A DNA stretch of 63,860 bases from an uncultured Gammaproteobacteria bacterium (GTDB taxonomy: Bacteria > Pseudomonadota > Gammaproteobacteria > Steroidobacterales > CAZJFQ01), in contig CAZJFQ010000005.1 in the NCBI GenBank assembly GCA_964545335.1, positions 1 through 63,860 of the forward strand, in the 5' to 3' direction. The position numbers and the translations under genes are program-made. Position 1 is the stretch's first letter, and each line of letters starts with the position of its first letter. The notes below the pieces were generated by a model that worked only from the letters and a program-made list of their open reading frames with translations, was not told the origin of the DNA and searched no databases. Below, one piece after another: positions 1 to 11,276 of the stretch.

Positions 1-187
1 AGGTGCGGGGTGCTGAGGATCGGCAGTCTGTTTTCTGTGGCACTTTCCGTGGTCTTTCGCCCCCCAGGTGTTACCTGGCACCCTGCCCTGTGAAGCCCGG
101 ACTTTCCTCCCAAGGCCCAGACGGGGACAGACCCGGTACTTCGGTTCTGTCCCCGTCTGGGCCGAGGGCGATTGCCTGACCGGCTCC
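1..187 (-). ncRNA. rnpB: RNase P RNA, bacterial type A; 5' portion, 3' part lies beyond the window start
   Basis: Reverse complement reads GGAGCCGGUCAGGCAAUCGCC...GGGAGGAAAGUCCGGGCUUCACAGGGCAGGGUGCCAGGUAACACCUGGGGGGCGAAAGACCACGGAAAGUGCCACAGAAAACAGACUGCCG, containing the universal GAGGAAAGUCCGGG signature. Position downstream of rsmI is typical. Confidence 0.96.
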
Positions 188-219
188 GAGTCCCAAGATA
201 AGCCATTGCGGCGCCGGCC

Positions 220-1083
220 TCAAGATTCCGGCCGGTCGGACCCCATGGCAAGAGCCGCACGATAGACCTCGTCCCGTGACTGACCAGTCAGCCGCGCGAC
301 CACGGCCGCCGCCCGTCCTGGCGGCAATTCCTTCAGCAGCACCGCGAGCAGGTCGTCAGGGGCAATCGAAGCGGCTCTGTCGGTCGGATCATCCGGTGAC
401 CCTGCCACGATCACTACGACTTCGCCCCGACGAGGCAGATCACCCCGACCGCACCACGAGCGGAGTTCCGACAGGCTCCCGCACACGATTTGCTCATGCA
501 GTTTGGTCATCTCCCGGGCTACGGTGGCCCCCCGGTCAGGCCCAAAGGCATCCGCAAGGTCGGTCAGCAGCGCCTCGAGCCGGCCGATGGATTCATACAG
601 GATCAGGGTACGCGGCTCTTTGCGAAGACCCTGCAGGCGCTGGCGACGGGCTGCCGCCCGCGCGGGCAGGAATCCTTCAAAAGCGAACCTGTTCGTCGGT
701 AGGCCTGCGACACTCAGCGCCGCAACTGCCGCACACGGACCCGGAACGGGGCTTACCGTCACCCCGGCATCGCGCGCGGCGCAGACAAGGCGGTAACCCG
801 GGTCGCTTATCAGAGGCGTACCGGCGTCAGCCACGAGTGCAATCGATTCACCTTGACCAAGCCTCGAGATAAGACCGGGCACCCGGGCCCGCTCATTGTG
901 TTCGTGGAGGGACAGCATGGGTTGGTCGATCCCCAAATATTGCAGCAATCGGCCGGTATGCCTTGTGTCCTCCGCGGCGATGAGATCGACAGACCCCAGC
1001 AGCTCGCGGGCCCGATCACTGAGGTCCGACCGATTTCCAATCGGCGTGGCGACCACGTAAAGTATTCCGCTGTCGTTCGACAT
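220..1083 (-). CDS. rsmI: 16S rRNA (cytidine1402-2'-O)-methyltransferase
   Basis: LYVVATPIGN, AAEDTRHT, DAGTPLISDPG and RELTK-like REMTKLHE motifs. Start moved to Met22 of the track ORF (1083). Confidence 0.96.
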   Translation of the reverse strand: MSNDSGILYVVATPIGNRSDLSDRARELLGSVDLIAAEDTRHTGRLLQYLGIDQPMLSLHEHNERARVPGLISRLGQGESIALVADAGTPLISDPGYRLVCAARDAGVTVSPVPGPCAAVAALSVAGLPTNRFAFEGFLPARAAARRQRLQGLRKEPRTLILYESIGRLEALLTDLADAFGPDRGATVAREMTKLHEQIVCGSLSELRSWCGRGDLPRRGEVVVIVAGSPDDPTDRAASIAPDDLLAVLLKELPPGRAAAVVARLTGQSRDEVYRAALAMGSDRPES

Positions 1084-1151
1084 CTTTCGTTGCAACAGGA
1101 TGACCGTTCGGTCGGGACCATCCCCGGACTGCGGCCGGGTTTTCAAGCATT

Positions 1152-3044
1152 ATGCCGGTAAAAATTCGATCGGGCTTGTGGCTGCCAGTTCTGGCAACCC
1201 TGATGATGTCTGCCTGCGAAATCCCCGTTCGACCTGATGCACGACCGGACCCTGATCAGCTCGAAGCGATGGCGCGAAGCGAAGTGGCCAGTGGTGACTA
1301 TCTGACCGCAGCGCGCCATTTCGATCAACTGGCCGCACTCAAGACCGGCACGGCCCGCGCCGGTTTCAGACTCGAAGCCGCGGAACAGTGGTACCAGGGT
1401 GGCCGACCGAAGCGCGCCCGCACCTCTCTGGATGCGGCGGGAGGCGACCTGCCGGTCGCCGTAGCTCAGAGCCGGATAATTCTTTATGCCCGCCTGGATA
1501 TTCTGGATGGCAGCGCACAACAGGCGCTCAATCGGCTGCGGGCCCTCGGGCGCCCTGCGTCGAGTCAACTCGCCGCAGAGATTCTCAATGTCCGCGCGGA
1601 TGCGCTTTTTGAATTGGGTGACGTTGCTGAGGCGGTTCGGGCGCTCGTCGAAAGAGAGATCTGGTTGGCGGATGCGCCATCCATCATCGACAATCACGCC
1701 AGCATCTGGGCCGGGATGGCCGCGGCCGGGGCCAACGGCAGTGCCATCGTCATTCCTGATGACGCGGAGCCCATCCTGTCCGCCTGGTTACTGCTCGGTC
1801 AGATCGGCGCCGAATCCGAACGAAATCCATTTGTGTTCAAGACGCGCCTGATCGAATGGCGACGTGAAAATCCGTACCATCCTGCCAGCAGCGAGTTCGT
1901 CGACCGTTTGCTGGTCGAATACCGAGCTGAACTCGGGTATCCGCAACAGGTCGCATTGCTGTTGCCGCTGAGCGGGCGGCAGCGGGGTGCCGCAGTCGCC
2001 TTACGCGACGGTTTTCTCGCCGCTCGTTTTGAACATTCGGGCGATTCCGAAGTACCCGCTGTTCACCTTTATGACACCGTGGAGTTCGGCGCGGCTGAAG
2101 CCTACCGGCGCGCTGCCATTGACGGCGCCGACTTTGTCGTTGGCCCGTTGACGAAAGACGAAGTTGCTGCGGTTGCTCGGGTGGCACGCGGCCACATTCC
2201 GACACTGGCGCTAAACTTTCTGTCAGACCAGGTGACGCCGCCGCCGGCCTTTTTCCAATTTTCGCTGGCGCCCGAGGATGAAGCACGCCAGGTCGCGGAC
2301 CGAGTTATTGCCGACGGGCACACACGAGGCATAGCACTGGTGCCCGACAATGAATGGGGACTTCGTCAGCTCAAAAGCTTCGGCGACAGCTTGCGGGGCA
2401 ACGGCGGAACTTTGCTTGCATTCAAGGTCTACGATACCCGCAGTCGCGACGTATCCGGTCCCGTAACCGATCTGCTCCACATTAATTACAGCAATACACG
2501 GCAAAAACGGCTTGCCAGCGACTTGGGCGCCGGGCTCGACTATGACCCACGGCAAAGAGGTGATGCAGAATTCATCTTTCTGGCCGGTCAACCAAGCCAG
2601 GGACGAATGATCAAGCCGCTTCTCGAGTTGCACTACGCGCCGGAATCGCCGGTCCCGGTTTATTCCACCTCGTCGATTTACCAGGAAGATTCGGCACACA
2701 ATTCAGACCTGAACGGCATAGCTTTTGTCGACATTCCCTGGCTCCTCACACCAGACCCGACGGCCGCAGCGATTCGTGACATCATCGGCCGCTATTGGCC
2801 GGCGCGTGCTGACCGCCGTTCACGACTGTATGCGATGGGATTCGATGCGTATCGCCTCGTGCCTTTATTGCACAACAGCGAAATCGGTTCCGGCCGCCCA
2901 GTTTCCGGGATGACAGGCGAGCTTTCGATCGACAGCGGTCAACGCATTCACCGGCGTCTTGTCTGGGCAAAGTTCGAACGCGGCGTGCCGGTGATAATTC
3001 CTTCTGAAACCACCGTGGTGTTCGATGTTTTGGAACCCGAATGA
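1152..3044 (+). CDS. lpoA: Penicillin-binding protein activator LpoA (LppC family lipoprotein)
   Basis: Lipobox LMMSAC; C-terminal ALLLPLSG...GPLTK...RLYAMGFDAY...GMTGELS; divergent from rsmI and followed by yraN. Confidence 0.9.
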   Translation: MPVKIRSGLWLPVLATLMMSACEIPVRPDARPDPDQLEAMARSEVASGDYLTAARHFDQLAALKTGTARAGFRLEAAEQWYQGGRPKRARTSLDAAGGDLPVAVAQSRIILYARLDILDGSAQQALNRLRALGRPASSQLAAEILNVRADALFELGDVAEAVRALVEREIWLADAPSIIDNHASIWAGMAAAGANGSAIVIPDDAEPILSAWLLLGQIGAESERNPFVFKTRLIEWRRENPYHPASSEFVDRLLVEYRAELGYPQQVALLLPLSGRQRGAAVALRDGFLAARFEHSGDSEVPAVHLYDTVEFGAAEAYRRAAIDGADFVVGPLTKDEVAAVARVARGHIPTLALNFLSDQVTPPPAFFQFSLAPEDEARQVADRVIADGHTRGIALVPDNEWGLRQLKSFGDSLRGNGGTLLAFKVYDTRSRDVSGPVTDLLHINYSNTRQKRLASDLGAGLDYDPRQRGDAEFIFLAGQPSQGRMIKPLLELHYAPESPVPVYSTSSIYQEDSAHNSDLNGIAFVDIPWLLTPDPTAAAIRDIIGRYWPARADRRSRLYAMGFDAYRLVPLLHNSEIGSGRPVSGMTGELSIDSGQRIHRRLVWAKFERGVPVIIPSETTVVFDVLEPE

Positions 3045-3424
3045 CTCGTGGCACTCTGAGTCAGGGCCGCCTCGCTGAGGACTACGCGCTCGAGTATCTC
3101 CTAGCGCAAGGGCTCGAATACGTCACTCGAAATTATCGATGCCGCGCCGGTGAAATCGACCTGATACTCACCCAGGGTTTGGAACTGGTCGTCGCAGAAG
3201 TCCGTCTGCGCAGCACAGATCAGTTTGGGGATGCCGCCGAGTCTGTCACCGCGGCAAAACGGCGCAGAATAATTGATGCGACCCGACATTTCACCGTCAC
3301 GCGCGAGGAATTTCGCGATGCGCCGATTCGCTTTGATGTTATCGCCGTCAGTCGTAAGAAAGAACGACTGCTGGCAGAGTGGATACAGGACGCATTCCAG
3401 GCGGAGTCTTGGCGTTACCGGTGA
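3041..3424 (+). CDS. yraN: YraN family (UPF0102) putative nuclease
   Basis: GRLAEDYA...RNYRCRAGEIDLI...EVRLR...RFDVIA; ATGA overlap with the lpoA stop. Confidence 0.92.
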   Translation: MTRGTLSQGRLAEDYALEYLLAQGLEYVTRNYRCRAGEIDLILTQGLELVVAEVRLRSTDQFGDAAESVTAAKRRRIIDATRHFTVTREEFRDAPIRFDVIAVSRKKERLLAEWIQDAFQAESWRYR

Positions 3425-3428
3425 CCGG

Positions 3429-3845
3429 TTATTTGATCACTTTCAAGTGTGACTTTTTCTTTGCCCCATTTTTGTTACTGCTAACATCATCCGTTGCCGG
3501 TTCCGCAATACTCGACGCCGGATCGTCGTCACCGAAGAGCATCCCCTCGCCGGATTCTCTCGAGTAGATGCCTAGGACGGATGTGACGGGAATCGCAATG
3601 TGGCGGGAAGCGCCCCCAAAACGAGCGTCAAAACAAATCTGCTCGTTGCCAATGGTCAGGCCTGCTGCCGCACTGTAACTCAGGTTGAGCACTATTCTGC
3701 CGTCCCGGATGTATTGTTCCGGTACATCGACATGACCGTTGTCGCAGTCGACAACGATGTGAGGCGTCTCTCCGTTGTCGGACATCCACTCGTGCATCGC
3801 CCGGATAAAATAAGGCCGGCGTGATGATGTCTGTATCCGTGCCAT
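3429..3845 (-). CDS. sspB: ClpXP protease specificity-enhancing factor SspB
   Basis: RPYFIRAMHEWMSDNGETPHIVV...IVLNLS...ARFGG; C-terminal ClpX-binding LKVIK. Confidence 0.95.
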   Translation of the reverse strand: MARIQTSSRRPYFIRAMHEWMSDNGETPHIVVDCDNGHVDVPEQYIRDGRIVLNLSYSAAAGLTIGNEQICFDARFGGASRHIAIPVTSVLGIYSRESGEGMLFGDDDPASSIAEPATDDVSSNKNGAKKKSHLKVIK

Positions 3846-3856
3846 GAAGTGTCAGC

Positions 3857-4486
3857 TCAGAACCTGATCTCGCGCTCGATTTCTGTGAGGCTGGCATCAA
3901 AAGTAGGCCGGACAAATACTCTGTCCATGTACTCCTGGATGGGTTTGGCCTGCGACGGTAGTTCGACGCCATAATGTGGCAGGCGCCACAGTATCGGCGC
4001 AATACTGGAGTCGACGAGTGAAAACTCCTCGCTCAGGAAATACGGCTTGGCGCGAAATACATCCGCGCTCGACAATATGCTTTCGCGCAGTATCTTCCGA
4101 GCCTTGGTCGATCGCTTGCGCTCTACCGCATCTTCGATCTGGTCGGCCAGCGTGTACCAGTCTTTCTCGATGCGAAACAGAGCCAGTCGAAATTGGGCGC
4201 GTGTCACCGGGTCCACCGGCATCAGCGGGGGATGCGGGAATCGTTCATCCAGGTACTCGATGATCACGCGCGAGTCGTACAACACCAGATCGCGATCGAC
4301 GAGTGTCGGTACGCTGTTATATGGATTCAAGTCCAGCAGATCCTCCGGAAGGTGCGATCCTTCAACGTTGACGATATCGACATTTATGCTTTTTTCAGCC
4401 AGTACGATTCTTGTCCGGTGACTGTGCGGACACGCCGGTCTGGAAAACAAGGTCATTACTGATCGTCTGCTGGCAACAACAGCCAT
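3857..4486 (-). CDS. sspA: Stringent starvation protein A (GST fold)
   Basis: MTLFS...SHRTRIVLAEK...NPYNSVPTLVDRDLVLY...ERFPHPPLMPVDP; start set at Met31 of the track ORF. Confidence 0.95.
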   Translation of the reverse strand: MAVVASRRSVMTLFSRPACPHSHRTRIVLAEKSINVDIVNVEGSHLPEDLLDLNPYNSVPTLVDRDLVLYDSRVIIEYLDERFPHPPLMPVDPVTRAQFRLALFRIEKDWYTLADQIEDAVERKRSTKARKILRESILSSADVFRAKPYFLSEEFSLVDSSIAPILWRLPHYGVELPSQAKPIQEYMDRVFVRPTFDASLTEIEREIRF

Positions 4487-4572
4487 ACTTTGATTACTCC
4501 TGCGGTTTTGTCGATTTGAGAAAGTCCATGAGGCCGGGCTGTCTGTGGAAAAACACCACCGTCGCACCCGGA

Positions 4573-5313
4573 TCAATTCACGTCCTTCCAGTATTCACGT
4601 TTCAGGAAATAGGTCAGGACAAGAAAGAAGACCAGAAACAGGATGACTTTCAAACCCAGACGCTGCCTCTGAATTTTGACGGGTTCGGAAATGTACTCGA
4701 GAAAGTTGACCAGATCCCGTAGCGTCTGCTCGTATTCGTCACCGGACATCAAGCCTGGCGTAACAGTCTCATAGCGGTCGAATAACTTCACGACATTGCC
4801 TGCCGCATCCTCATGTTCTGCAAAAACGGCCCGTTTCAGTCCCTCAAGTTCCCACAGCGCATGCGGCATACTGGCTCCTGGGAGCAACCTGTTATTGACG
4901 CCAAGCGGCCGAGACTCGTCTACATAGAAATTCTTAAGATAAGTGTAGATCCAATCGGTTCCACGGCTGCGGGCCGCGAGTGAAAGATCGGGCGGACTTT
5001 GCCCGAACCAGACCGTAGCCTTGTCGGCCGGCATGGCCGTGGTCATAGTGTCATGCGGTTTGTCAGCGGCGAACATAAAATTGCGTTTGAGCTGCTCCTC
5101 GCCAATGTCCAGATCAGCCTGCAACCGGTTGAAACGAACATATCGTGCGGAGTGGCAACCATAGCAATAGCTCGTAAAGTAACTGGCACCGCGCTGCAGT
5201 GAACTCAGGTTGCTGAAATTATTGTTCGCCTGTTCCAGCTCAATTGTACCTCCCGCCGCCAGCACCCCCGTCGGGACCAGCATCGACACGAATACAGCGA
5301 GCCGGCTAGCCAT
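4573..5313 (-). CDS. petC: Cytochrome c1 of the bc1 complex
   Basis: Signal peptide, CYGCH heme motif, PPDLSL, C-terminal TM helix ending KREYWKDV; start at Met14 of the track ORF. Confidence 0.95.
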   Translation of the reverse strand: MASRLAVFVSMLVPTGVLAAGGTIELEQANNNFSNLSSLQRGASYFTSYCYGCHSARYVRFNRLQADLDIGEEQLKRNFMFAADKPHDTMTTAMPADKATVWFGQSPPDLSLAARSRGTDWIYTYLKNFYVDESRPLGVNNRLLPGASMPHALWELEGLKRAVFAEHEDAAGNVVKLFDRYETVTPGLMSGDEYEQTLRDLVNFLEYISEPVKIQRQRLGLKVILFLVFFLVLTYFLKREYWKDVN

Positions 5314-6568
5314 GATAGGTAACCCTGTCCGGAATCGGGCGCGTTTTCTCATACCGGGTAAAAAACGGCATTGTCACGAAAAACAAAAAGTATATCGTCG
5401 TGAAGACTTGCGCGAGCAGCGTATAGACTCCCGTCGCCGGCCTCATCCCCAGGTAACCGAGAATAATGAAGGTGATTGCGAACAGCATCAGTGCCAGCCG
5501 GAAAACCGGGCCCCGGTAGCGAATTGATTTCACCGGGCTGCGGTCAAGCCAGGGCAACAGGAACAGGGCGACGATCGCCAGCCCCATCAACAAAACGCCA
5601 CCGAGCTTGTCCGGCACCGCCCGCAGAATTGCGTAAAACGGAGTGAAATACCATACCGGCGCGATATGCGCCGGCGTCTTTAGCGGATCGGCTGGTTCGA
5701 AATTCGCATGCTCGAGAAACAACCCATAAAAATCCGGCGCAAAAAACACCACGGCTGCAAACAACGTCAGGAAAAAAACAACGCCAACGATGTCTTTGAC
5801 CGTGTAATAAGGATGAAAAGGAATGCCGTCGACAGGGTGATGGTCAGGTCCCTTGTACTTCTTGATCTCGACACCGTCCGGATTATTAGAGCCGACTTCG
5901 TGCAGCGCCGCCAGATGCGCGACGACCAGGGCCAGGAGCACAAGCGGAATCGCGATTACGTGTAAGGCGAAAAACCGGTTGAGGGTTATATCGGAGACGT
6001 AGAAATCGCCACGCAGCCATTCCATGAGCGTGTCACCGACGACAGGTATGGCGCCAAACAACGAAGTAATGACCTGCGCCCCCCAGTAAGACATCTGCCC
6101 CCACGGCAGCAGATACCCAAAAAACGCCTCGGCCATCAGGCACACATAGATAAGCATGCCGATGATCCACAGCAACTCACGCGGCGCCTTATATGATCCG
6201 TACATCAGGCCACGGAACATGTGCAAATAAATCACGATAAAAAACGCGGATGCGCCCGTGGAGTGCATGTACCGGATCAGCCAGCCCCATGACACGTCGC
6301 GCATGATGTATTCGACTGAAGCAAAAGCCTGCTCGGCGGACGGCTTGTAGTTCATCGTCAGAAAAATGCCGGTTACGATCTGCAACACGAGCACGAGCAA
6401 TGCCAGCGACCCAAAGAAGTACCAGAAATTCAGATTCTTTGGCGCGTAATACTCAGCCGCCTGGCTGCGCCAGAACCGGCTGATCCCCATCCGGGCATCT
6501 ATCCAGTGACCTAGCTCCGCTGCCTCCCGCGCGATTGCAGCGAATGGGCCGGATCGGACCGGTCTCAT
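5306..6568 (-). CDS. petB: Cytochrome b of the bc1 complex
   Basis: RYMHSTGAS...HMFRG, WGQMSYWGA, RFFALH, Qo motif PVWY. Confidence 0.97.
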   Translation of the reverse strand: MRPVRSGPFAAIAREAAELGHWIDARMGISRFWRSQAAEYYAPKNLNFWYFFGSLALLVLVLQIVTGIFLTMNYKPSAEQAFASVEYIMRDVSWGWLIRYMHSTGASAFFIVIYLHMFRGLMYGSYKAPRELLWIIGMLIYVCLMAEAFFGYLLPWGQMSYWGAQVITSLFGAIPVVGDTLMEWLRGDFYVSDITLNRFFALHVIAIPLVLLALVVAHLAALHEVGSNNPDGVEIKKYKGPDHHPVDGIPFHPYYTVKDIVGVVFFLTLFAAVVFFAPDFYGLFLEHANFEPADPLKTPAHIAPVWYFTPFYAILRAVPDKLGGVLLMGLAIVALFLLPWLDRSPVKSIRYRGPVFRLALMLFAITFIILGYLGMRPATGVYTLLAQVFTTIYFLFFVTMPFFTRYEKTRPIPDRVTYHG

Positions 6569-7158
6569 CCGGTGCCCCCCGCGTCATCACCGATGATCAG
6601 GGTTGTATCCGTCACATAACGATAGGATGGTACGGGCAGGTTCAACGGCGCCGGGACACCGGCCCAAACACGGCCGGCCATATCGAACTTTGAGCCATGA
6701 CACGGACAATAAAACCCACCGGGCCAATCAGGGCCGATGTCAGGCGAACCGGCATCCGGACGATAAAGCGGTGCACAGCCGAGATGGGTACATACGCCGA
6801 TAAGAATTGCGATCTCGGGTCGCAACGAGCGGTACTGATTTTTCGCGAATTCCGGCTGGTCCGATTTTACTGAATCCGGGTCGCTCAGTTGCGATTCCAC
6901 GTTTCCCAAATCTGCCAGCACCGATTCAGGCCGACTAATGATCCACACAGGTTTGCCGCGCCATTCAACCGTCATCATTGCTCCGGTTTCGAGACGACTG
7001 ATATCGACTTGTATGGCGGCACCGAGTGCGCGCGCACGTGCACTCGGCCGAAATGACAAAACAAACGGAGTGGCGGCAAGTACTGCCCCGATTCCACCGG
7101 TTACCACGGTGGCGACGGTAAGAAAGTGCCGTCGGCCGTGGTCGACTTCCCCGCTCAT
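6565..7158 (-). CDS. petA: Ubiquinol-cytochrome c reductase Rieske iron-sulfur subunit
   Basis: Tat motif RRHFL; CTHLGC and CPCHGS boxes. Confidence 0.97.
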   Translation of the reverse strand: MSGEVDHGRRHFLTVATVVTGGIGAVLAATPFVLSFRPSARARALGAAIQVDISRLETGAMMTVEWRGKPVWIISRPESVLADLGNVESQLSDPDSVKSDQPEFAKNQYRSLRPEIAILIGVCTHLGCAPLYRPDAGSPDIGPDWPGGFYCPCHGSKFDMAGRVWAGVPAPLNLPVPSYRYVTDTTLIIGDDAGGTG

Positions 7159-7338
7159 CTAAAAACCTCCAGAGCGAGCCGGAACCCGCGCAAACGTCTC
7201 AGGTTGGACCACGATCCGGGCTACTGCCTGCGCCACGCACCCTGGCCCTAAAAAGCGGCCCATTATACACACGCGCAAACTCCCCAGTTTGCGCCAGCTG
7301 CTACACTAGTATCCGGTTTTCGCCTCGCAGACTACGCC

Positions 7339-8490
7339 GTGTCTAAGTTCGGCCGCACTGTTTCATTCTTGTTCAGATCCGTAATTGTCGGACTTGCTGC
7401 CGCATTTGTCATCGTTTATCTCAAGCCGGATTTGTTGCCAGGCGGCCGCAACGGCGCGACCGGCGGTCCTGACTCTCAGATTGCGTCGTATGCGGATGCG
7501 GTCAGTATTGCAGCACCGGCGGTTGTAAATATCTACAGTACACGGGCACCCGACCGGGCGCTGAGCCTGCGTGACCATCCGCTTTATTCCTTCGTGTTTG
7601 GGGAAGATGAACCGGGCCCGCGGCAGCCGCTGGAAAGCAGCCTCGGCTCCGGTGTCGTTGTCAGCGACGACGGCTATATCGTAACCAACCACCATCTGAT
7701 CCGCGATGCCGACATCATCTACATCGCGTTTGCCGATGGTCGCGCCGCAGATGCCCGGCTCGTCGGCACCGATCCGGAAACCGACCTGGCCCTGCTCAAA
7801 GTTGGTCTGCAAGACCTGCCGGCCATGTCACTGGGACGATCCGATCTCCTGAGAGTGGGCGACGTCGTACTGGCTATCGGCAACCCGTTCGGAATCGGCC
7901 AGACGGTAACCCAGGGCATTGTCAGCGCGACCGGGCGCGGCCAGCTGGGCCTGAGCCGGTTCGAGAACTTCATTCAGACCGACGCACCGATCAACCTCGG
8001 AAATTCAGGCGGCGCGCTGGTTAATACGCGCGGCGAGCTGATAGGGATCAACACGGCTGTATTCTCAAACACTGCCGCCGCAGCTCAGACGGGATCTGCA
8101 CCGCCGGTCGGTATCGGATTTGCCATCCCGGTCAACCTGGTCCGGGGCGTCATGAACCAGCTGATCCAGAGCGGGCGCGTCATACGCGGCTGGCTCGGCG
8201 TTATTCCCAAAACGCTGACACCTCAGGACGCCGCCACATTGGGTATCTCCGGCACCAGCGGTATTCTCCTCATCGACGTGCGGGCAGGCAGCCCGGCGGA
8301 AAATGCCGGACTGCGACCGCTTGACGTTATCACCCATATCGACGAGCACGAGGTATTGATCTGGCAGGATGCTCTGAATCTTATTGCGAGAGCCTTACCC
8401 GGGACGGTGATTCATCTGCAAGGAATTCGCGATGGCCTGGATTTCGACATCGACGTTGAAGTCAGTGAGCGACCGGCCGGCCAATCCTGA
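7339..8490 (+). CDS. degS: HtrA/DegS-type serine endoprotease (N-terminal TM helix, trypsin domain, single PDZ)
   Basis: SLGSGV, TNHH, ETDLA and GNSGGAL catalytic motifs; one PDZ domain. Confidence 0.85.
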   Translation: MSKFGRTVSFLFRSVIVGLAAAFVIVYLKPDLLPGGRNGATGGPDSQIASYADAVSIAAPAVVNIYSTRAPDRALSLRDHPLYSFVFGEDEPGPRQPLESSLGSGVVVSDDGYIVTNHHLIRDADIIYIAFADGRAADARLVGTDPETDLALLKVGLQDLPAMSLGRSDLLRVGDVVLAIGNPFGIGQTVTQGIVSATGRGQLGLSRFENFIQTDAPINLGNSGGALVNTRGELIGINTAVFSNTAAAAQTGSAPPVGIGFAIPVNLVRGVMNQLIQSGRVIRGWLGVIPKTLTPQDAATLGISGTSGILLIDVRAGSPAENAGLRPLDVITHIDEHEVLIWQDALNLIARALPGTVIHLQGIRDGLDFDIDVEVSERPAGQS

Positions 8491-8499
8491 ACCAAATGC

Positions 8500-10028
<1,529 letters not shown>

Positions 10029-10292
10029 ATCAGGGTTCTCTCGGTAGGGATGTCTGGACCGCTGGCAGCGGCCCAACATCGGTGGCAAGTCATTGGTCAG
10101 GCGAATCTTAATCCAACGGCGGCCGCGGAAAAAACGGTGCAACCGCAGTCAGGTACCGACTCTGAGATTCATGGCCCATCGGGCAGACCCGGTACGGCGG
10201 TGTGCCCTCATTTTTTGCTATCCTTGACGCCTTTGCGGCTGGCCGCAATACAAGACTAACCAAGGCTACCCCTCATTATTACTCAATAGCGA

Positions 10293-11267
10293 ATGCTGTA
10301 TTACACAGCAGCAATGACTCTCGGAATTGTCCTGCTCGTTTGGGGAGCAGACCGTTTTGTATTGGGCGCCGGTGCCACCGCACGTAATCTGGGCATTTCG
10401 CCCTTGATGATCGGTCTCACGATTGTCGCTTTTTCAACGTCCGCGCCGGAAATCCTCGTTTCAATCGTGGCTGCCTCACAAGGCAATTCCGAGCTCGCGA
10501 TCGGAAACGGGCTGGGTTCCAACATCGCCAACATCGGCCTGGTGCTGGGTGCAACTGCCCTGGTGCGACCGCTGATTATCCGGTCTGAGACAGTTCGGCG
10601 AGAGATCCCCATTCTGCTCGCCGTTACGCTGCTGACCATTACCCTGTTCCACGACCATCAACTGAGCCGCCTGGACGGAATTATTCTCCTGGCCGGTCTC
10701 GGACTCGTCATGTTCTGGATTGTCCGCTTAGGCTTCCGTTCCCCGGCCACGGATCCCATCCTGCAGGAATTCGATGCGGAGATACGCAGTGACCTGAGTA
10801 TGTTACAGGCGTCGGTGTGGCTGGCTGTCGGGCTGATTGTCATGCTGGTGGGTTCCAAGATTCTTGTCTTCGGCGCGCACGCCGTGGCTGAAGAGCTCCA
10901 CGTCAGCGATATGATCATTGGCCTGACCATGGTTGCCGTCGGCACCAGCCTGCCTGAGCTTGCCGTGTCCATCGTCAGTGCGATCCGCGGCGAATATGAC
11001 CTGGCGATCGGCAATATTATCGGATCGAATATCTTCAACCTGCTAGCGGTCATCGGTCTTGCGGGCGTGATACACAGCACGTCGGTCGTCAATGAAGTTC
11101 TTTTGCTGCACTTCCCGGTAATGACCGGTTTCACCCTGGCCCTGTTCGCGATGACCTACAGCTTTACCGGCGGTGAGCGCATCAATCGCGTCGAGGGCGT
11201 TGCATTGCTGACCGCATTTTCCGGCTATCATTGGTTTCTGTATCTTCAGCATCAGGCCGTCAGCTGA
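10293..11267 (+). CDS. yrbG: Calcium/sodium antiporter (YrbG family)
   Basis: Two alpha-repeats STSAPE...GSNIAN and GTSLPE...GSNIFN; upstream of kdsD. Confidence 0.92.
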   Translation: MLYYTAAMTLGIVLLVWGADRFVLGAGATARNLGISPLMIGLTIVAFSTSAPEILVSIVAASQGNSELAIGNGLGSNIANIGLVLGATALVRPLIIRSETVRREIPILLAVTLLTITLFHDHQLSRLDGIILLAGLGLVMFWIVRLGFRSPATDPILQEFDAEIRSDLSMLQASVWLAVGLIVMLVGSKILVFGAHAVAEELHVSDMIIGLTMVAVGTSLPELAVSIVSAIRGEYDLAIGNIIGSNIFNLLAVIGLAGVIHSTSVVNEVLLLHFPVMTGFTLALFAMTYSFTGGERINRVEGVALLTAFSGYHWFLYLQHQAVS

Positions 11268-11276
11268 GCCGGGACA

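Noticed and set aside
184-197. CTCCGAG TCCCAAG resembling the ahcY heptamers at the rnpB 5' end
   Set aside because: Only two units; could easily be chance.
68-265. 65-aa ORF on the plus strand
   Set aside because: It is antisense to RNase P RNA and has no protein features.
5645-5665. PVWY instead of PEWY in cytochrome b
   Set aside because: A known variant common in beta- and gammaproteobacterial bc1 complexes.
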